Origin: Candidatus Micrarchaeia archaeon
GTDB lineage: Archaea > Micrarchaeota > Micrarchaeia > Micrarchaeales > Micrarchaeaceae
Assembly: GCA_049966995.1 (NCBI GenBank)
Contig: JBMFTN010000001.1
Location: 1 to 54,705 of the forward strand
DNA length: 54,705 bases
Direction of reading: 5' to 3'
Below, piece by piece: positions 48,867 through 54,705 of this stretch; positions within the stretch are counted from its first letter, which is position 1, and every line of letters begins with the position of its first letter. Made by a program: the position numbers and the translations under genes. The notes below the pieces were generated by a model. It made no database searches, was not told where the DNA came from, and was given only the letters and a program-made list of their open reading frames with translations.

Positions 48867-49526
48867 ATGTTTGAAGATCTCCATTGGATAGGACATGCTA
48901 GCTTTTACATCGAATATAAGGACTTTGTAGTATACATAGACCCATTTAGGGTTCCAGACAAAATATCAAAAGAGAACAAGGCGGATTTGATACTAATAAC
49001 GCATGCACATTTTGACCATTTTAGCAAGCCAGACATAGACAAAATTAAAAAAGGCAGCACTTTGATAATAACTTCCACGCAAACACTAAAAGAAGACGAC
49101 AAGGTTATGATAGCAACTCCGGGCTTCAGATACAGCTTTGAAGGCATTGACATAGAAGCGGTTGCTGCTTACAATACCAAAAAAGAACGCCTTAATTTTC
49201 ATCCAAAATCTAACAAGTGGGTTGGCTATGTGCTTAAAACAAGTGAATACACACTCTACCATGCTGGCGACACGGACTTCATAAACGAAATGAAAGCGCT
49301 TAAAGGTATCGACTTATCATTGCTGCCCGCCGGAGGCACTTACACAATGGACATCTACGAAGCAATTGAAGCTGCAAATACCATTGACACAAAGTATGCG
49401 GCACCGATTCACTACAAAAATCTTCTGGGCATGGATGGATCAAAAAAGGCAGAAGAAACATTTAAAGAAAAAGTTTCAAAAGCGCTTATACTAAAGGAAG
49501 TCCAGGAGCCTACCTACTCTTTTTGA
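48867..49526 (+). CDS. metallo-beta-lactamase-fold hydrolase (UPF0173-like)
   Basis: HxHxDH motif (THAHFDH), a later H (YHAGDT) and PIHY. Size about 220 aa. Confidence 0.8.
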   Translation: MFEDLHWIGHASFYIEYKDFVVYIDPFRVPDKISKENKADLILITHAHFDHFSKPDIDKIKKGSTLIITSTQTLKEDDKVMIATPGFRYSFEGIDIEAVAAYNTKKERLNFHPKSNKWVGYVLKTSEYTLYHAGDTDFINEMKALKGIDLSLLPAGGTYTMDIYEAIEAANTIDTKYAAPIHYKNLLGMDGSKKAEETFKEKVSKALILKEVQEPTYSF

Positions 49527-50340
49527 GCTGCCCTTTCTTGTCCAGCCCTACTATACTGTCCTTTATTTTTTCAGCCACGGCTTCGATTTTTTCAGGTGCC
49601 AGTTTGAATACACGCTCATTTTCTATGCCAATCGATTCTGAAAGCTTCTGCGCCTGCTCACGGCTTATGCCAATGGAGCCGCTTGAATCTATTATTGCAT
49701 TGCGCAGCTTCTTTTTCTTGTGGTTCATAAGCATTGCAACTATGTTTTCGATTCCGGCTTTTGGCTTATGAATCTTTGGCTTTATGAACACAATTGTAGA
49801 GTCAACCTTTGGCCTTGGATAGAAATTCCCTGCTTTCACGTCAACAATTTTGTAAACGGAAAGCTCAAGGCTCACCATGACGCTGAGCTTTGAGTACTTT
49901 CTTGTATCGCGCTCCGCAAGCATGTGCTCCACAAACTCTTTCTGCAGGCAAAGAAGCGCAGGCATCTTGTGGGCTACAACCCACCGTATAACATTGCTTG
50001 AAAGATTATATGGTATATTTGCAATCAGTATATCTAAGCCTTTTACATATTCATCGTCAAGCTCAAAAAAATCCTTGTTTATTATGGTAAGGTTGTGGCA
50101 ATCCACGCTATTGCTCAGCAGTGAATATAATATAGGGTCCTTTTCAACAGAAACTACGCGCTCGGCGACCTTGCATATTTCCCTTGTAAGGATGCCAAAG
50201 CCAGGGCCTAGCTCCAATACACGCTTGCCCGCACCGTATCTTGCCTCCATCTTTGCATATTCGGGGTTTATCAGAAAATTCTGGCCAAGACTTCTCTTTG
50301 GCTTTATGCTCCTCGCCAATTCCAAATATTCGTTTACCAT
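49510..50340 (-). CDS. rsmA: 16S rRNA (adenine1518/1519-N6)-dimethyltransferase KsgA/RsmA/Dim1
   Basis: LGQNFL, SAM-binding ELGPGFGILT, and ANIPYNLSS. The start is set at MVNEYLEL (ATG 50340), not the upstream extension in the track. Confidence 0.85.
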   Translation of the reverse strand: MVNEYLELARSIKPKRSLGQNFLINPEYAKMEARYGAGKRVLELGPGFGILTREICKVAERVVSVEKDPILYSLLSNSVDCHNLTIINKDFFELDDEYVKGLDILIANIPYNLSSNVIRWVVAHKMPALLCLQKEFVEHMLAERDTRKYSKLSVMVSLELSVYKIVDVKAGNFYPRPKVDSTIVFIKPKIHKPKAGIENIVAMLMNHKKKKLRNAIIDSSGSIGISREQAQKLSESIGIENERVFKLAPEKIEAVAEKIKDSIVGLDKKGQLKKSR

Positions 50341-50397
50341 TTTGCTCAAATGTATTTTCGCAACAAAATTTATATTGGTTACATTGTATATATAATT

Positions 50398-51840
50398 ATG
50401 AAAAACGCGCAGATGAAGGCGCAAAACGCCATTGAATTCCTAAGCACTTACGCTTTTATGATAATGGTTATTGTTGTGGCCTTGCTGCTTCTCTTTATGT
50501 TCTTCAATATACCTAAATCAGCGATACCTGGTTCCTGCAACTTTTATAGCGGCTTCAACTGCAAAGATGAGATATATTCAAATACCAGCAGTGGCTCCGA
50601 GCTTCTTATTGAGGCTACTGACATGATGCCAGGGACTGTAAACACGAGCAGTTTCAGCGCCTACCTTAATTATATGAATAGTACTTCTGGAAGCTGCACG
50701 CCAAGCTTTGCGGTAGATGGCCAAAGCATATACTGCGTGGCGCATTTTAACACAAAGGCAAGATTAGGACAGATGTATACGGGCACCTTTAAGATAAAGG
50801 CAAACTACTGTACTGCAAGCGTTTCTAGCCTATACAACGGAAGCTGCCCGCAGAACAGCAATTACACATTTGCCGGATACATAAGCCTGCAGTCTTCGCC
50901 TATGCCAGCACTGAGCTTAAACTGCAAGCAAAAAACAATACCAATAATAATTACAAACTCTCAAAAAAGTGCTGCACCCGCGCACTTCCAACAGATGCTA
51001 CGCTTTGATCCAAGCAATTTTTCCTCTTGCGAAAGGCCTGACCTTGGGAACATAAGGTTTTACTACAAAAATACTGAGCTTTACAGCTGGTGCGAATCAA
51101 ACTGCACAAGCGCATCTAAAGGCAATGCGATATTCTGGGTCAAGCTGCCTGTGGCAGTGCCATCAGGAAAAAATATTACAATAGACATGACATTCCTTCC
51201 TTACCAGGTAGATTATGATGGAGTTTTTGCAGGAGAAGCGCCGCAATTAAGCAGCAAGTATGCGGAATATGATAATGGTGCCAACATCTTCAATTTCTAT
51301 GACGACTTTAGGGGGGATGCACTAAGCGGAAAATGGGTATACAACGCGAATTTGAATGGCACACTTGTTATCAACAATGGGATGACTTATGTGCAATCCT
51401 CAAAGGCTTATGCTCCTTTCATTTACACCAATACCAATTTCTCCAAAGGCATTTTTGAAGCTTATGGAAGCATATCAGGCTTTAGCGGCTCAGGCATTGA
51501 TGTGTTTGGATTGGGAAACAGCACGGCAAGAATGGCAATAGGCTATGCAGGAGGGAATTATGGCATTATAATGGAAAATGCCACGCAGTCTTATGTGGTG
51601 GGAGGGCTTTCCAGCGGCATGCATGTGTGGCAGCTTTACGTGCCTCCTTCCCTGTCTTACATATCCGCTTCTCAGGATTACGGATATAGCATAAACACGA
51701 CAAGCAATATGCCTTTGGTGCAGATGCCTATCATGTTCATGTCCCAAAGCAATGCAACATTTGGGCCGTTTTACTGGGTGCGCGCGCGAGACATGCCTCC
51801 AAGAGGGGTTATGCCAAGTGCGGTATTTGTAACTAAATAA
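50398..51840 (+). CDS. pilin-like protein (class III signal peptide) with DUF2341 + ConA-like lectin module
   Basis: MKNAQMKA|QNAIEFLSTYAFMIMVIVVALLLLFMF N-terminus. DUF2341-like GNIRFYYKNTELYSWCES....AIFWVKLPVAVPSGKNITIDMTF, then FNFYDDFRGDALSGKWVY, paralleling the core of the giant protein. The start is trimmed from the track's 50350. Confidence 0.65.
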   Translation: MKNAQMKAQNAIEFLSTYAFMIMVIVVALLLLFMFFNIPKSAIPGSCNFYSGFNCKDEIYSNTSSGSELLIEATDMMPGTVNTSSFSAYLNYMNSTSGSCTPSFAVDGQSIYCVAHFNTKARLGQMYTGTFKIKANYCTASVSSLYNGSCPQNSNYTFAGYISLQSSPMPALSLNCKQKTIPIIITNSQKSAAPAHFQQMLRFDPSNFSSCERPDLGNIRFYYKNTELYSWCESNCTSASKGNAIFWVKLPVAVPSGKNITIDMTFLPYQVDYDGVFAGEAPQLSSKYAEYDNGANIFNFYDDFRGDALSGKWVYNANLNGTLVINNGMTYVQSSKAYAPFIYTNTNFSKGIFEAYGSISGFSGSGIDVFGLGNSTARMAIGYAGGNYGIIMENATQSYVVGGLSSGMHVWQLYVPPSLSYISASQDYGYSINTTSNMPLVQMPIMFMSQSNATFGPFYWVRARDMPPRGVMPSAVFVTK

Positions 51841-51931
51841 CAGCCACTGCTAGAATAGAAAATCTTCAATCTTTAGCAAATACATAAAACGCAAAATAGC
51901 AAACTCTATAAACTTTATTTAACAATATTAG

Positions 51932-52195
51932 ATGGTTCTTATGCCTGGAAAGATAAGGGTTGGGAAGGTTGAACATTTTTATGATAAGATAGGAGTAGCT
52001 GCAGTTGTTGTTGAAGATGAAATATCAATAGGTGACACACTTATCTTTATGCATGGCAATGAAGAAGTCAGGCAGAAGGTAACAAGCATACAGATAAACC
52101 ACATCAACGTACAGCATGGCTTCAAAGGGGATTCTATAGGCATAAAAGTCGACCAGCAGGTAGACGAAGGCAGCGACGTATACAAGGAACTATGA
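51932..52195 (+). CDS. small beta-barrel protein resembling translation-factor domain II
   Basis: 87 aa. GKVEHFYDKIGVAAVVVEDEISIGDTLIF....VTSIQINHINVQHGFKGDSIGIKV resembles the EF-Tu domain-2 barrel. The call is from pattern memory only. Confidence 0.4.
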   Translation: MVLMPGKIRVGKVEHFYDKIGVAAVVVEDEISIGDTLIFMHGNEEVRQKVTSIQINHINVQHGFKGDSIGIKVDQQVDEGSDVYKEL

Positions 52196-52201
52196 TGTTT
52201 T

Positions 52202-52308
52202 GCCCCAGTAGCTCAGTGGTATGCTTAAGCACACTAAAGAGCGTCTGCATGGTAACCATGCAGAGACCATAAAGCAGAAGGTCGAGGGTTCAATTCCCTC
52301 CTGGGGCT
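52202..52308 (+). tRNA. tRNA-Thr(GGU) with two BHB introns: D-loop (52221-52237, 17 nt) and canonical 37/38 (52255-52272, 18 nt)
   Basis: Hand fold: acceptor GCCCCAG/CTGGGGC and T arm GAGGG-TTCAATT-CCCTC. The D region folds as GCTC-AGTG-[GTA]-TGC TTAA GCA-CACT-[AAA]-GAGC, and excision gives the D arm GCTC-AGTGGTA-GAGC. The anticodon region folds as TCTGC-ATGG-[TAA]-...-CCAT-[AAA]-GCAGA, and excision gives the loop ATGGTAA. The mature length is 72 nt. Confidence 0.85.
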
Positions 52309-52353
52309 CTATTTTTGCAGTAAGGAACCCTAAGGGGCTTTGCTAAATAATTA

Positions 52354-52770
52354 TCATTTTTGCATGAATATTTTAGCACACTCTATTATTTGCAGATCAG
52401 GTTTTATCTTCAATTCATACATAGAATTTATTAGGACGGTTATGTTGTAAGCTATAAGTTTACACAATACTTCGTTGGTCTGCGATACAAATTTCTTGCT
52501 TTTTAGGCAGTCACCAAACTTCGCCTTTATTGCAAAGAATGTGGTTTCTACATTGCTTCTTGTATGGTAGTGCAAAAGAAATTCTTCTTGATTCAGTTGA
52601 AAGTAATGGAACATCTTTCGCCACAACCTTGCCCTGCTTCCCGTATTTGACATAGCAGTTGTATTGCTCTTGTATGGTATGTATGCCATTCCACCTATTT
52701 CCTGCACTCGCATGTAGTTTGTATCCGAAGAAAAGGGTTTATAATGGGCTACGCCCCTTATTTTATGCAT
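52354..52770 (-). pseudogene. C-terminal remnant of an IS4/IS5-superfamily DDE transposase
   Basis: The 138-aa ORF carries the Y-x2-R-x3-E-x6-K signature (YHTRSNVETTFFAIK). It lacks the N-terminal DNA-binding region and first catalytic Asp region. Only 56 nt separate it from the next gene, and I found no terminal inverted repeats. Confidence 0.65.
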
Positions 52771-52856
52771 GTTGGACTCCCTTATAGAGATAGGTATAAT
52801 TTAAATACTTTTGCGAGAAATATTACTTGAAATTTACGTATGATAAGCTGGTTTAC

Positions 52857-54263
52857 ATGATGAAAATTAAAGATAGTAAAGATAAAAGCTTTAACATGGT
52901 AGTCGATGATAACATGCTTAAAAATACAGGAGAATCTAATACCACAGATCTTTCGAAAAGGGTTACAACTGCAGCACTTACCGAAGCCAAGTTTGGCAGC
53001 AAAGTTGTTGTCGCTGGCTACATAAAAAGAATAAGAACTGTCAGCGCAAATCTTGCTTTTGTTTTACTTGCTGACCAGTATGGAGAGGTACAATTAACAT
53101 GCAAGAGTGATTCACTTAAAAATATAAAAGATATTCAAAAATTTACAAGGCATTCTTTTATAGTTGCTGAAGGGACTCTTGTAAAAGGACAAGCCAAAGT
53201 AGGGATGGAAATAGAAGCTACCAAATTGGAGCTTTTGACTGATAAGCCAGCACAACCATTGCCAATAGAATTGGAAAAAGTAAACACTGGACTGGAAACA
53301 AGACTTAACTATAGATGGATAGACCTGCGCGATACAAAACACAGAATTCCAATAATTATGCTTTCTAAGATAACTGCAGAATTTAGAAACTTTCTGACAA
53401 AAGAAGCATTCATTGAAATCTTCTCGCCTAAATTTACAGGTTATCCAACAGAAGGAGGATCTGAAGTTTTTAGTGTGGATTATTTTGGAAGGAAAGCTTA
53501 TCTTGCACAATCTCCCCAGTTCTATAAGCAGATGGCTATCTGCTCTGGTCTAGAAAAAGTGTTTGAAATTGCGCCTGTTTTTAGGGCAAATCCATCATTT
53601 ACTTCTAGGCACGATACGGAGTTTACATCGTTCGATTTGGAGATGGCATACATAACTTCGCACCACGATGTAATGACACTTGAAGAGAGAATGCTAAATC
53701 ATGCAATAAAAGGCTTGTTGAGAACATCTTCTGCTGAGATAGCTCAGGTAACAAATAATCCATTAAATGAACCAGGTAAGATACCAAGAGTCAAGATGGA
53801 GGAAGCCTATCAGATAGTTAGCAAAAATAATATAACACCAGAAGGCGACTTAAATCCTGATGGTGAAAGGGAGCTTGCAAAATATATTAAAAATGAGACA
53901 GGAAACGATTTTGTGTTTGTCACAGATTACCCATGGGCAGCTAGGCCTTTCTACCACATGCTTGGCGAACCTATGAGCGATGGTACTAAGACAACAAAAA
54001 GTTTTGACCTTATATTTAGGGGTGTAGAGATAACAACTGGTGCACAGAGGGAGCACAATTATGACAAGCTAGTAGAAAACGCAAAAGCAAAAGGCTTGAA
54101 TACAGAGAACTTGCAATACTATTTAGACTTCTTCAAATATGGAGCCCCTCCTCATGGAGGATTTGGGTTCGGCCTTACAAGAATTGTAACTCAGATGCTT
54201 GACTTGGAGAATGTAAGAGAGTCAACACTAGTTCCAAGAGATCCGAAAAGGCTACGCCCTTAA
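52857..54263 (+). CDS. aspS: aspartate--tRNA ligase (archaeal type, class IIb)
   Basis: N-terminal OB anticodon-binding domain (VVVAGYIKRIRTVSANLAFVLLAD), motif 2 FRANPSFTSRHDTEFTSFDLEM, and motif 3 GAPPHGGFGFGLTRIV. ATG 52857 is preferred to the track's TTG 52827. Confidence 0.9.
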   Translation: MMKIKDSKDKSFNMVVDDNMLKNTGESNTTDLSKRVTTAALTEAKFGSKVVVAGYIKRIRTVSANLAFVLLADQYGEVQLTCKSDSLKNIKDIQKFTRHSFIVAEGTLVKGQAKVGMEIEATKLELLTDKPAQPLPIELEKVNTGLETRLNYRWIDLRDTKHRIPIIMLSKITAEFRNFLTKEAFIEIFSPKFTGYPTEGGSEVFSVDYFGRKAYLAQSPQFYKQMAICSGLEKVFEIAPVFRANPSFTSRHDTEFTSFDLEMAYITSHHDVMTLEERMLNHAIKGLLRTSSAEIAQVTNNPLNEPGKIPRVKMEEAYQIVSKNNITPEGDLNPDGERELAKYIKNETGNDFVFVTDYPWAARPFYHMLGEPMSDGTKTTKSFDLIFRGVEITTGAQREHNYDKLVENAKAKGLNTENLQYYLDFFKYGAPPHGGFGFGLTRIVTQMLDLENVRESTLVPRDPKRLRP

Positions 54264-54703
54264 GGATAAGGTAAATGAGAGTAGAGCCTTGGATAAGGAA
54301 CTATATCTTTAACATGATTAAGCTGAAGCAATACCCTAATTGCCCTTTCTATCCCCATGCCAAAGCCACTATGTGGTGGTAATCCATATTCTCTTAGCTG
54401 ATTATACCATTTGTAGACTTCTGGGTCATTAGGTACAAAGTCTTCTTTTTGACGTTTGCGAAGCTCATTAATATCATATATTTTTTCAGCTACCCCTAGG
54501 ATTTCACCGTAACCCGGGATAAGCATATCGGCAGTTAGTGTAGATCTAGGATCTTTTTGGTTTATTCTATAAGGAAATGGCTCTACACTTCTTGGCAGGT
54601 ACTTTATCCATAAAGGACTTTTGAATTTTTCACCAAGGAATATTTCCTCATCATTGCCCAAGGATGCACCATACTCAATTTTAAATCCTTCTGAATTTAG
54701 CAA
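54260..54703 (-). CDS. class IIb aminoacyl-tRNA synthetase, AsnRS-like, C-terminal part (gene continues beyond the window)
   Basis: WYNQLREYGLPPHSGFGMGIERAIRVLLQLNHVKDIVPYPR is a class IIb motif-3 region of AsnRS/AspRS type. The GGSQRE-type segment reads GVAEKI here. The apparent TTG start is just the window edge. Confidence 0.7.
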   Translation of the reverse strand: MLNSEGFKIEYGASLGNDEEIFLGEKFKSPLWIKYLPRSVEPFPYRINQKDPRSTLTADMLIPGYGEILGVAEKIYDINELRKRQKEDFVPNDPEVYKWYNQLREYGLPPHSGFGMGIERAIRVLLQLNHVKDIVPYPRLYSHLPYP

Positions 54704-54705
54704 TT

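Noticed and set aside
50341-50424. N-terminal extension of ksgA (MRLHLRVFHNYIY...) and the 50350-50397 extension of the pilin-like gene, which would make the two genes overlap head to head
   Set aside because: Both extensions are AT-rich promoter-like sequence. The conserved KsgA N-terminus begins at MVNEYLEL, and the pilin motif needs a short leader.
1-54705. CRISPR arrays, rRNA genes, inteins in rpoA/rpoB/cdc48, and recognisable defence-system genes
   Set aside because: I saw no regularly spaced direct repeats or rRNA-like sequence. The RNAP and Cdc48 proteins read through their conserved motifs without intein-sized insertions. No nuclease/ATPase pairs typical of defence islands are present beyond the housekeeping Hef and Hjc.

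Overview
AT-rich archaeal chromosome segment. Archaeal hallmarks are an RNA polymerase operon with split subunits (rpoH, B'', B', A', A''), Alba, Hjc, a Hef-like helicase, Taw1, eIF2-gamma, S6e, Cdc48, archaeal DnaG, KsgA and AspRS. Three tRNA genes are present, and two carry short bulge-helix-bulge (BHB) introns, including non-canonical T-loop and D-loop positions. The mix of housekeeping genes, multi-intron tRNAs and large adhesin-like surface genes would fit a small-genome DPANN/Micrarchaeota-like or related archaeon; I cannot prove the lineage from sequence alone. The main accessory content is cell-surface machinery. (1) At 24.7-38.1 kb there is a convergent type IV pilus-like locus. Four tandem genes have class III (prepilin-like) signal peptides, and three of them (881, 742 and 730 aa) are fused to LamG/ConA-like lectin modules, a PQQ-like beta-propeller or poly-Thr tracts. 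They face an operon with a FlaI/PilB-type ATPase, split TadB/TadC-like membrane proteins and two uncharacterised accessory proteins. (2) A 2009-aa Asn-rich, sequon-dense surface protein with a DUF2341 plus ConA-like core lies at 42.7-48.7 kb. (3) An orphan pilin-like protein with the same module lies at 50.4-51.8 kb. Other points: a promoter- and terminator-flanked 41-codon hyper-acidic ORF upstream of cdc48, three consecutive RCK/KTN genes with degenerate channel pores, a PadR/ABC-2/CARDB-like cluster, a decayed IS4/IS5-type transposase next to tRNA-Thr, and near-identical DNA stretches at the LamG module junctions. No CRISPR array, rRNA or intein was seen.
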